From Felis catus (lineage: Eukaryota): a stretch of 64,000 bases of DNA. The DNA lies in the NCBI RefSeq assembly GCF_018350175.1, contig NC_058383.1, positions 13,580,001 to 13,644,000 of the forward strand. Reading direction: 5' to 3'. Each line of letters begins with the position of its first letter. The first letter of the stretch is position 1. The position numbers and the translations under genes are program-made. The notes under the pieces are model-generated. The model had not been told where the DNA came from, ran no database searches, and saw only the letters and a program-made list of their open reading frames with translations. This document shows positions 44,560 to 56,740 of the stretch, one piece after another.

Positions 44560-47500
44560 TTTAAAAATGCAATTTCTTATGCTCCACTCTGTGTAATGTG
44601 TCGGTGTACAACCACGGGTACAGACCTTCTAGTCATTGGTGGATTATGCCGTGCCATTAAAAAAAAAAAAAAAAAAAAAATCTGCTGAGGAAAGCAAAAT
44701 CGGTCATCAGTCACTTTCTTCTCAAGCTACCCACTCCCAAATCTGGAATTCACAAGTTGGGTTGGTGTCAGGCACCCCACTGGAGAGCTGTAGGCCTGTA
44801 GTCCTCCAAATGAAAGATGGGTTTAGAGGCAAACGTCTCCCGTTTCAGGGCAGTGAGTTGTTTTGGATCTGTCTCTGGCAGAGGTTTCGTGGAGCTCTCC
44901 AGCCCCAATAAAGGCACAGTGTTCCTATTCACTCACTTTGGCGGAGGCTTGAGGGGAAGGGAGAGAGAGAGAGACACTCAACCAGGAAGATCTAGAAGTC
45001 CATAGAAAACTCCAGCAGAGGGCAAAGTCTTTAGTCCTTGGCGGCCTGGGGTATTGCCCGGGTCGTAGCCCTGGGTTACCTGCAGTCTTCCCATGGAAAG
45101 CCCTCCCTTTCCACAAGGAGTCTCGTGCCCCCTTGCTAGGGCATTAGAGCACGTGTTGTAATGCACAATGAGTGGCCTTTGTCCAGCCTGTTATTAGAAT
45201 AACCTTGTCAGCACTTTCCAGGGAGTTTATCAAGGAGTTTTGCCAGACTATGATAAAGCAGCACATTGAGCAGCCTCTGATGGCTGATAAGCCTGGGAGT
45301 GCCAGTTAATTGACAAGAACTGCACTTGTCAATCTTTGGAGGCCATGGAAGTGGACCTCTTGTCTTTTCGGTCCTTCCCCAAGCCTTTGTCCACTGCCCT
45401 TTGGTAGATTCCTTACGGCCTTGCATCCACATCAGGCATAGCTCCCACCTTTGTTCTTGTGTGTTTACTGAGTAATTAATCTCGTTGTGCTACTATGGAG
45501 GTAGTCTATTAAAACACTCCGGCAAGACACCATGGAGAGGGAGGAAGGGGGATGAAGACCAGCAGAGGGAGGGAGTGGTTTGCTCTGTTTAATTGGTTCT
45601 TTCACCTCATGGTAGTTTGTCAATTAAGGAGATACTTAGAGAAAGTGAAATTAATCCATATGGGTCAAAAGCGGCTATTAATTTTTAATCAAAACAAAAT
45701 GTTCAACAAATTGTAGCTCTGTTCAGTATAAATGCAAGCATGCCACCAGCCTCTTCCTGAAGGATTTGGGAGCAGGCCGCAGGAAGAGGGGGCCTTTTAA
45801 TTTAGAAAAGATGAGCCTGTTCCTCCTCCCCCCTGCCTCCCCTAAGTAGGCGCTCCGTCTTGTTAACTCGGCATCTATTGTATTTCCTGACACAGAGCAG
45901 ATACCACAAGGACGTTGCTCTCCTGAAACTCTTCGAATCCCTATTATGTATATTGCTTTGGGGTGATTCAGATAGGTTTTGGGCATGATGTCTGTTCTCC
46001 AGCAGCTTCCAGTCTGATGGAGGAAACAGAGGAGGTATTTGTGAACCCGTTTCTGAGTCGTTCAGAACAACGCATGATTGAGTGCTACAGTGTGTGATAC
46101 GCTATGAAACAGCGTTTGCCTCTATGTGTCAAACGCTTATAAGCGATTCGCGTAGATCACTGACATTCATCTTGACAACGACATGGCGAAGTGGGCCTCA
46201 TTTTTATTGTCCCCATTTGAAAGGTGGTCACTGAGGCACAGAACATTTAGGGAGCTGGCCCAGCGTCTCACAGCTAGTACAGCTAGCCGGCTAGGGGCTT
46301 GCGTTACCCAATATCGTCAGAGGCAGCAGTGGTGAAGGCTCCCAGGTGAGGTTTAAAGGGTGGGTTGGTTTTGAAAAGGTGCCGGGGGAAAATATTCCAG
46401 GCAGGAGGAGTGGTGATTGGCACAGTTTTGGGGAAAAGGAGTGAGCTTCCAGTGACTGGGATTGGCCAGGTTAGGTGGGGCTAGATGAATGCCCTTTTAG
46501 GATCTTGAATGCCAAGATGAGGAATTTTTATTTAGATCATTCTGGAATTTCTTTATTGTCTATAGATTGTTTCCCAGGGTAGGAGGTCCCATCCCCCATT
46601 TCCATGCTAGGGCAGCGAGTGTGCCCTTTTCATTGTCCCTCTTATCTCCTCTGCCCCCTTCCATCCAGATCTAGCATTTCTTCTCATTTATGACATTCTT
46701 AGCTCCTTCTGCTTCCCATTTTAAAAAAGAGAAAGAAAAGAACAAAAATTAAGAAGGTGAACCCCCCCTCCCCCACCTTACTTCTACCGACTTTGAGAGA
46801 TTGAATGAAGCTTCCTTCAACCACTTCCTTGTCCTCAGCCCTCGTTAGGTCCTTGGACTCTAAGAGGAAGAAACTACAGGTGGATTCCCCTTCAGGGAAT
46901 GTTCTTCGTCCCTGCCTACTGAGGAGAAAGCAGACTGTGGGACAGTTCTATTCCTTGACACTTGTAGTGACATGATTTGAGGGATCAGGAAGGACTGTGT
47001 CCCAAGGCCACCTCCTCAGGCTGCTGACAACTGCCTGAATCTTGTCAGTAGGGCACAAAACCTCTCACTTCCCAGTGAGCCCTCAGGCTGCAAGTGCAGA
47101 GAACCTGGGACAGGTAACGGTGCACGAAATTCCTTTACATTGACGGGAGGAAGTCAGAGACCCGTTGCGAGAGGTGCAGCCCCTGGATATTTTCTTCTTT
47201 GCTCCCTAGGTAGGTGCCTTACAGCCTGGCCTCTTTGAGTCACTGGGCTGATGACAGTTGGTGGCCATCTGCTGGGAAATGCCAGTGGATTGTGCCCCGG
47301 CAACAAAGGAGATAACGGGAATATCAAAGAGAAGACTTACGTGAAAGGAATATTCAGCCCCCATATTCTGCAGCAAGTCTAGAAGGTGCCGCACTGACCA
47401 AGGAAGTGACCAGAAACACCTCGAAGGCCGTGCCCAGAAATACAAAGCTGAGAGGGGGCCCGAGCAAGTGCACCATTCTTCCTCTGGGAGGCCAGCCATA

Positions 47501-48109
47501 GCCTTCCGCATAGCCCGGTGCAGGCGGGCGAGAGAAGGAAACTGAGGAAGGCTGCTTGCTGCAGGAGATCAGCTGGCGGGAGGGACAGACTGAAGCAGGG
47601 AGCAGAAACCAGGGAAGCACAGTCAAGACCTAAAGTCTTAGGAGGTAGAAAGAAAGAGGTAGATGGGACCGGTGGTATTCTCCTCACGTCTGCTGGGCCT
47701 AGAAGGATGGAGAGAACAGAGGTAGCTAGCTCTGTGGTTGGTGATAAAAAACAGAACTTTTCTTTACTGGCACTGGTGTTAGACTCGCAACAGCAATGAA
47801 GCACCTCTGGTAGGTGTAGGAAAGTGGGGCTGCTCAGAGGGATAGTCACCTGGACAAGAGGCCCCTCATATTGAGGGGGAAGAGTCACTCCTTGATGAAC
47901 CACAAACCAAGATACTATGGAAGAAATTGTTGCATCAGGGGAAGGAGGGTGTTTTGGGGGCCTAGTGATTATTATAAGACAATAATGTTAATTATGTAGT
48001 GATTATAACCTTCCTTATCAACCTATAAATGCTCAGAACGTTGTCATAGTGAAATTCAGCATCTTCCACGTGAAAGGTAGCTTAGCCAGTCACGTCTGCC
48101 ATGCATGCT

Positions 48110-48610
48110 TTCATTTGTTCTCTCCTCTGACATATATTGATCAAACCCTACTGTGTGCTAGGTCATAAAGTAGCCTCTGCAGACACAGCAACAAACAAAC
48201 AAAATGGACGTGTTCCCTGTCCTGAAAATTTAGTGTGAAATACAGCCTTTAAAATCTCAAGTTTTTTGCGTTAAGATTTTCTCTGTGGACAAACACATGA
48301 TTAATGTTATGGCTATGCCACGCACCTATGATAAGGGTGGTGTGTGTGTGTGTGTGTACAATTATGATCTTGAAGAGACCAAGTGGAAGTCACTGTAGCG
48401 CTTAAAGCAGGGACAGACATGGTCCGATGTATCCTTTAGAGAGCTGACCCTAGCTGCTGGGTCGAGGATGGACCGCGAGAAGCCAGAGCCGATGCCAGCA
48501 GTCAGGAGACTTAGTATGTCCGGGTGAGAGACGGTGGCTCAGGATAAGCCGCTGTGGGGGTTGAGTTCACTTTGAGACCAAATAAGCAAGATTTGGCAAC
48601 TGATGGGGGA
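48110..48610 (-). mobile_element. L2 fragments
   Basis: tcatttgttc...tattgatcaaaccctactgtgtgctagg...; taaagcagggacagacatggtccgatgtatcctttagagagctgaccctagctgc. Confidence 0.6.
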
Positions 48611-49124
48611 GAATGTGAAGCCATTATCCCCTTCCTCGGTTGGTCGTGGAACTAAAGAAGATACTGTTAGCTTCACTGTACAGACAAGGGGATGGAGACA
48701 GTACACGATTGGGAGGAAGGTCTCATGGTCCCACAGCCTCTGACGTCTCTGCTGTGCCGTGCAGGAAAGTGGGGTGTGCAGAGGGTGCTCACCGGGAAGC
48801 TGTGCACTTGAAACGTCAAGGTCTTCCACTTGCCAGGACCTCTTCTAAAGCCATACACACAGTCTTATGCTCCAAACTGTGTGTTCTTTTCTTGAAAATC
48901 ATCCCCCCCCCCATAAGCATTTAAGCCTCAGAAGGCACAACAACCTTATTTTCCTCCAGCTGAGTGAGCACGACTTCGTTGGATAGCACTGAGACTTGAC
49001 GCAATGAAACCCAGGATGGAAATCAGGCCTTTTGGGAGAGCGTGTTGAATTTAGGTGGGGATCATTTGGGAGAGAAACAGATGCCCTGTTGGAGGCATAC
49101 ATTTAGCATGTACGTCATACTTTA

Positions 49125-49335
49125 TTTCTTGAATACTTCCTTTGTGTCAGGCACTATGTTTTGTTATATTTTTTGCTGTTATCTGACTTAATCTTTACTC
49201 AACTTTGTGAGGTGTGTGCTTTCATCATCTCCATTTTGTATGTGAGGAAACTGGGCCCTAGTGAGAATAAGTAGATGATAAAATTATCATTCTACGTAGG
49301 TGAGCTGGACTGGCATCTAACAGGCCTGACTCTGA
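49125..49335 (-). mobile_element. MIR
   Basis: tgtgtcaggcactatg...catctccattttgtatgtgaggaaactggg. Confidence 0.75.
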
Positions 49336-51249
49336 AGTTGAGGCTGTCTCGAACCCCACAGCTTGAGGGACTGTTGTCCAAAGCCTAATCCTCTGATGCG
49401 TTCTTGACTTACATCATCAGAACTTCATCTCCCAGAAAGTAGAGGATGCAAGGCCTTAATTCTACCCTACTCTTCCAAAAAAGAATTTCTTGGTGAATTA
49501 TTGCCAGAAGAAAGTAATCTTTCTATCTTCAGATAAAAAAACTGAAACCACATCTGACATATGCCAGAGATGACAGCAAGATTCAGAGACTTGAGGGGTG
49601 TCAGATGTTCTCTGAGGGAGAGGAGAAGCCACTGGAAGGTGCTCACCATGCGAGTGATATGATCTGATTCGTGTTTTTAAAGAATCATTCTGGAGAACAC
49701 CATAGGGTAGTGTAACGGGCTGGCTTGAGACCCATGTATATGGCTTAGCAATAGCAGATGCAGAAATGACCTAGAAATTTTCGTGAAGACTTGCCATAAT
49801 CATGCACTTGCTTAGGGGAAAAGCTAACAATATTAAATGTTGTATTGTATTTAAAATGACCAATAGGGAATTTTTTTTATTGCCGTGTCCCCCCACCCCC
49901 AACCCTGCCTCGATCTCTGAAATCTCTTTGGGTAAGGACCTAATGGTCAGCAGAGAACTTCCCCTAAGACCCCTATCTCTTGCTCATCTGGCCATTACCA
50001 GCCCCACCTAGCAGTCTCTAGACTGTAAACCATCCAGCAAAGAACGAGGAACAGCAGAGAACCAACGGCAACACTGGACCATCCAGACTCCGCTGTTAAA
50101 ACTCAAAACCCAGGAGACATAGCAGAACGAAGTAGGACCATTCAACGTGAAGAGTCTCGTTGAAGGTCTGCTCTGATGGAGGAGGTTAATTTGGGCCATA
50201 GTGGTTAGTGCTGCCATAGATTTCTATTCCGTGTATGAAATACTTCTTACAGTCAACACTGTCTAAACACAGGTTGTGCAACGCACGACTGGAGGTGGGT
50301 AAACAGACTGGACAAGCTTTAAATATAATTATGTAGAGACTTAAGTCGTTAAGCAGACATAATGCAGCATCTGAAAATAGGAAAGAGGGTAGGAGTGAAG
50401 AGAATCATGAGGATAGAAAGGGCAAAGAAAGAGAAGCCTGCAGGTTATGAATATGGTGTTTACCTCTAATCCCAAAGGGAACAGCCACGTTGGGTTGGGT
50501 TCCCCGTTCCCCATTTCTCTTGCCCTCCAGCCAAACCAGCAACAAACAGCATTGTATAGTAGTCTGTGTCAGAAATAAAAACCATGGGGATCTGACCCCC
50601 AGCAGTGTGTTTTCAGCCTGTGAATTTCCTGGCTATCTTTACAGGGGATCATTCTTGGGGAAGGGCAGGCTGGAAATAATATAAGGAGATCAAGAAGGAA
50701 GTCAAGCAAGTGACACCTTTAAACAGGCGAAGCGAGGCGGGCTCTTCCCCCACGGGACAGTTAGAGTTATGCAGAGCTGTAATTAACCCAGCAGCCCCCT
50801 GGATGTGTCTATTTCACTGCACAAAGGCTGTTGAAAGAAGGATTCTTGAAGAAAGAGGTTCCAATTCAAATGGTATTTGAGTAAGTCCCTTGTTGGATAT
50901 ACTGTTTCTAGAGTTTATGGCTATAATCAACAAAACATGGCCATTCTTTCGTGCCGGTTTTTCTTACGACTTTCCTAGTCCCGTTCTTTTAAAAGAAAAA
51001 GAAAAAAAAAAGGCATCCAGAATTGGCCGTGGGTCCGATGGGGAGAAAGGGAGGGAGAGATGTGGCTGGAATCAAATGAAGGACTTTGGTTTCCTTCTCA
51101 GAGGATCTCGCAAACGTGAAAGGAGCAGGTGTGTTATTCCTTCATTCCCTGAGACTGAGATATGTCGGAAAGTTGTCAGTTTTGTATACAAATACCGCAC
51201 AATTGCTGTATTAGCCTCCTTAACCCCAGTCCGTTATTTTTTTTTTTGA

Positions 51250-51640
51250 ACAAGCATTTTTTTGCACACCCACCCTATGCCGGGCACTATCATAACCACT
51301 AGAGATGGGAGTATTTCTCCCATGCCTTCATAGAGCTCATAGTGGAGACAGACAAAAACATTTAAATACATGGACTAATTCTACCATGATGTGCTAAGTA
51401 GAGAAAAACTAGCAGGGAGGGAAGCAGAGTAAGAAGAGATGCGATGTTAGATATGGTCAAGGAAAGCCTCGCCGAGGTGAGGTTTCAGCAAGGATCTGAA
51501 GGAAATGGGACAAGGACTTACGTTCGGTGGGGGTGAGGGGCCACTCTTCCAGACAGACTGCACAGGACATGCGAGGCCCTGAGGTAGGAGCACACGTAGT
51601 GTGGTTGAGGAATAAGCAGCAGGCCAGTGGGGTTGCTGTG
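51250..51640 (-). mobile_element. L2 fragment
   Basis: tgccttcatagagctcatagtggagacagac...tggtcaaggaaagcctcgccgaggtgagg...gaggccctgaggtaggag...gaggaataagcagcaggccagtg. Confidence 0.75.
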
Positions 51641-54340
51641 GGGGGTGAGGGCAGGGGTTCTCGCCTCAGCTAAGGCTGCTTCCCATTGCCCTGACAAAAG
51701 CTCCTGAATATTCACTCATTCATCTGGGCCAGGACACAGTGGTCTGGGTTCTAGAACAATGAACCTTAATATCAGCCCTTTACTCCTACACCCCTGAGTG
51801 TTGGTCCTTCAAAATGGCTCCCATTTGACTTGAAACTGTAGAAAACAGAATGAAACTGTCATCGGGCCACTCTGTGCCCTTGGATGGTCCCAGAGTCCTG
51901 TGCCAAAGCATTTCTGCAGCGTGCTCCATGACACCCTCGTCACATTCCTCAGAGCACACCGACGGGCCACGTGGTTGTGATCTATAGGAGAGAACCCCAA
52001 ATCAGAATGCCTAGCCATATCTAATTGATACGTCCGTAAGCAAGTTGGTTGGGTTTGTTTGGGTGTTTTTTTGTTTTTCTTCTTTAGTTTTTTGTTGTGA
52101 TTCTTTGGCTTGGTTTTGGTTTTGTTTCTGGAAGTACCTATATAACCACAAAACACAGAGCAGTATTATAGAGGCGCTGTCTCCTGCTGTGAGGCTCACC
52201 TAGGTGCTGGTAACTGGTGAACGTGCAGAGTCAGAATGTTTCTACAGGTAACCGATTGTGGACATCTTCTCTGTATGCACGTGTACGAAAACATTCTTGA
52301 AAATAATTACCAACCGCTAAAGATGCATCAGCTAACAAATGGGGATGAGAAGGCGAGAACCACAATGCAGAGAGCTTTGTTTAAGACGATTAGGGAATCT
52401 CGCCATCCGGAATCAAGATTTCAACACACTGGTCTGCATTTTTAGGGCTCTGTAAGTGTAAGTAGAAACAGGCATATTTGGAGAAAAGCATTAGTTTCTG
52501 AGGTCTGGCCAGCTCCTGTTCTTACCTCTCTGTCATCTCTGATTGGATTAGACGTCACCGAAAGTGCCTCGGATCCCTGTTCCATGTCAGGTTTAACCCC
52601 TCCAGTTGAATACCATCCTTGTGGGGTTGGGTGGAGAGAAATTAAATTTCTCTCACCAGAGCTGTGGCACTGAATCAGGTATCGAGGGGGGCTACATCAG
52701 TAAACTTCGTTGGTTACAAGATGTATGTCCTTCCCGAGGCTCTGTAGCTGCTAAGTTGGCTCTTTGCGACCACAGTCTGATCTTTCATTTTACTGTAATG
52801 CAGTTAGACAACCTAGCTATTCAGGCATAGACTTCTCTGGTTTTCATTATCCCTGAATAACATTTGATGCCGAAATAGGGGAAGACGGGAAGGAGGGGGA
52901 AGGGAGCCGAGCGTTTTTCACAGCTTGTGTGAAACGCTTAATATTTGAAAGTCTTTAAAATATACTGTACACATACATTCCAATTTTATAAGACTAACAT
53001 AACATGTTCAAAAGTTTTATGAATTTCAGCGTGTAATCAGAGTCAACGCCAGCCTGTTTTAAATAAGCCATAATGGCCTGGCAGCAGACCTGCATAGTTA
53101 GCAAATCCCTCCTCTGTTTCTAAGCAGGCATTCCCCACCAGGTCACTACGAAATACTCGTTCTGTCACTTTCCGTGGACTCTCTAAGTCGGCCTGTGTGC
53201 CGGTTGCAGCATGATTCTGGTTTTAAGAGCCAGGAACCGAGGGCATGATGATGAGGTGATATTTTGTTTTGATTTTAATCAAATGGCATGGAGCTGAGTT
53301 GCTGAAGAATACGCCCAGGCCTCTCATATCCTGTTGGGGAGGCTTGGCTCCGTAAATGCCTTCCATGAGCGTAGGGCCACGTAGATGCCGCAGGCTCACC
53401 CTTTCCTCCGTGGGGCCCGGAGACTTCTCAGAGCCCAGAGGGTGCATTTCTCACTTCCTCAGGGCAGAAGGCCCTCACGCGGTGCTTTTTAGGTGAGGAT
53501 CTCCTTTCAGTAAAAGAGCCTAAAACCTGCTGGGGTAAACCCGACTCTAGCCCATCGGGTGTCCTCTGTATTAGGTATCGGGCACCATCAAATCTCTCAA
53601 AGGTGGGGGGGGGGTGTGGGACCAGAGCCCACATTTCAAGGAAATCTGCCAGCTCCCTTGATAAAACCATAGCTGCTCCTCCAGGCTCGGGAGAGGGAGG
53701 AAGGCGTTGCAGGTGTTACAAAGCCGCTGGGCTTTGTCGTGCACACGCTGCTGGCTGTAGATTCACCTTGGCCTCAGTGATCCCGCAGGAATCACCTGCC
53801 ACATACCAAACTGGCTTCGAGAGATGCTCCCACTCCGTTTGCACTCTGGCATCAAAAGCTGCTCTAATTATAAACAGTGCAGGAGAGAACAAGCCGAAGC
53901 GTTTAAATAAGACTGATCGAAAGGCCGTGGGCCAAAAAAGTATCACAGGGTAACATGTAATTAAGAAATCTGACGCCCAAGGTAATGTTTACCCACCCTC
54001 ACTGGGGGGCCGATAGGACGGCCTCCCGGACCAGCGTTCTGTATCTCCAGTTACCACTTGTAAGCTCAGCCCCCCGGGGGGCTCTCAGCAGATCCTGACG
54101 CTCCAAAGGCAGACCCCAGAGTCTCCCAGAGACCAGCAGTTTTCGTCTCTTTGTTGTAGACCCTGCCCCCAAAACATTTCACCCAACATTCGGAGCCCAC
54201 CGCACATCGGATACAAGTTTGGGTTCTATATGTCTTTATGGTACGAGCCTTCTTCCCTTTTGCGATTGGAGCGTTGGAGTCTCACCACCCCTGGAGGGAT
54301 ATAAAACTCCCGTATACTTACCTCATTTCTTCCTCCTTTT

Positions 54341-54553
54341 AATTTTTTTTAATGTTTATTTATTTTTGAGACAGAGAGAGACAGAGCGTGAACAGGGGAG
54401 GGTCAGAGAGAGAGGGAGACACAGAATCGGAAGCAGGCTCCAGGCTCCGAGCTGTCAGCCCAGAGCCCGACGTGGGGCTCGAACTCACGGACCGTGAGAT
54501 CATGACCTGAGCCGAAGTCGGACGCTTAACCGACTGAGCCACCCAGGCGCCCC
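54341..54553 (-). mobile_element. Young SINEC_Fc
   Basis: Near-consensus; perfect 13-bp TSD tcttcctcctttt at 54328-54340 and 54554-54566. Confidence 0.96.
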
Positions 54554-55638
54554 TCTTCCTCCTTTTTAGGAGAGGAGCAGTTCAGGGTGGGCATTCAAGT
54601 TCAAGCCCTTGTTCCCAATCTTGATTTGACAGCTTATAGTCACATTCCCTCTCCTCAGCCAGCGACATCCCCAGAGATGGCAGACACATGCAGGAAAACC
54701 CATTTAATTAGGACCCACTGTGGAGAACCAGGAAGCAGCTCTGAAGTACTTTATGGCAGAAGCCTTAGATCAGGAAACAGGATGTTTTCCTTTCCCTCGC
54801 TTTGGTCCGGCTCCGACTCCTTGGGGAGGTCTGGGGGCCCGTCTCCGTCTCCACGGAAGTGGCACCTGCAGCCTCCCTCAAATCAGGTTGCCCCGGAGGG
54901 CAGCAGCATTTGTAGCAGCCTTTTATTGGCTCTGTGTTTGGAGATGTTGAGTGGAGGGGCCAGCCCCCCGGAGTCCCTGCACAGGGGCCTAACGCTGGAT
55001 ATTCGCCAGTCCGGTGTCCGGAGGGCTCCTGTCCACATTCTGTCCGCCCCTTCACTGGAGAGCAAATCATCAGTCTTCTCTGAGACAGACAGACCTTACC
55101 TCCCTAATGTACAGAACCTCGCAGTTGCAGAGAGGGAAAATGAAGTGTTTTTGAGTGACACTGAACCCAGTCTTCACTCTCCTTCCCACTCGACTCGGTC
55201 CTTCTCCCGGGAAGTGATCCCGAGGGGCAAGTGGTCTGCCCTTCTTGCTGGTGAGTCATAGCATTTTCTGCACACCTTTTTCCCTTTGTGATGTTGACCG
55301 GTTTTCTTTCTAGTCCGTGCTTCTCACGTTTGTGTTCCAAGCTCCATTTAAGGACGTAAATGCCTGGGCCCACATCTTCTACTTATTTTCTCCGCTGTGC
55401 TCAGTCATTTATAAACTTTTCTCCTTTTCCCCACAGTGCCTCACATACAGCAGTGCTCAATTACTAACTTCCTTACTAAGTCCATTTGAAAAGAAATATG
55501 CTACCAGTCAATAAATTGCTGTGCTGGACATGTTGAGGAGTACAGCAAGTGCAAATGAGACCCCCTGCCCTCAAGGAATTCATAGTCTAATGAGGAGTAA
55601 GGTGGATATGACAAAGTTACATGAACAGTCAACTAACA

Positions 55639-55794
55639 GGAAGCACATGGGTGGCTCAGTCTGTTAAGCATCTCTTGATTTCAGCTCAGGTTGTGATCTC
55701 AAGGTTCGTGAGATCAAGCCCTGTGTCAGTCTCTGTGCTGATAGCGTGGAGCCTGCTTGGGACCCTCTCTCTCCCTCTCTCTCTACCTCTCCCC

Positions 55795-55849
<55 letters not shown>

Positions 55850-55882
55850 AATCAATAAATGAACATTAAAAAAAGAAAGAAA
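55639..55882 (+). mobile_element. Older Can-SINE with long (CT)n
   Basis: gggtggctcagtctgttaagcatct...gagatcaagccc; (CT)n about 55802-55843; degenerate TSD agtcaa(c/a)taaca. Confidence 0.9.
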
Positions 55883-56589
55883 AGTCAAATAACAATACAG
55901 TTCCATGTCAGATCTGTGCCCAGAAAAGAAGAGGACCAGTGATGGTGACCATGAGAATTTGCATGTTTTCGCCCATCCCCCCAACTCTGTAAAGCGGATG
56001 GCATTGGGCATTCGTAGACTTAGTTCCCTGCCCATGAAGTAAGGATGAGTGATTTGTCCGAGGCGGTCAGGGAGGGGCAGGGGGGCGGCGGTTCATGTGC
56101 CCGAGAATGAGACCCACACTGTATCCCAGTGGCTCAGAGCCTGTCACTTCTGTCCCAGTACTCTTCAGCCCCGTAGTACCAACCCCACAGATGTATCAGG
56201 GAAGGTGAATTGCATTGCTTACTGCCATTAAAGAGAGAAACAATCTTTTGAGCGGTGATGACACTTTGGTGTTTGAATCGGAAAGGAGTTAGTCGTCCAG
56301 AGACCATGCGTCTCCCGACACGTACGTGAACTAGAGGGATCACATGTGGGTAGTTTGTTGCAGTGCTATAAAAGCACGTGTACGTTTTCCTAAGGCACGC
56401 ACTGCCTGGACTGCTCCCACGAATTTTAAAGGGAAGGTGAGACTCCCATCTGATTTAGGTACTCACCTTCCTGAGATCAGAAGGCTGAGTAAAGACCCTC
56501 CAAGTTGCTCAGACTACAGTATATCCACCTGCATTCTTGTTAGCCATCTCTGTAGTAATAGGCCTGGGCGGGCATTCTGTAGCCTTCAG

Positions 56590-56740
56590 CGAGTTAGTTA
56601 ACTTCTCAGAGACCATTTTCTCATTGGTAAAATGAGCACGACGATGCCCATCTCAGAAAGTTGTCGTGAGGATTTACTGTGTTGGCGTAAACCACCAGAT
56701 GCGTTAACCCAAGTACCTGGTCCTGCTCAATAAACTGTGG
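56590..56740 (+). mobile_element. MIR
   Basis: gagttagttaacttctcagagaccattttctcattggtaaaatgag...gttgtcgtgaggattta...tgctcaataaa. Confidence 0.7.

Noticed and set aside
54587..55261. Longest ORF (224 aa)
   Set aside because: Starts at GTG, is Ser/Pro-rich, has no recognisable domain and no clear splice context; expected by chance in GC-rich intron.
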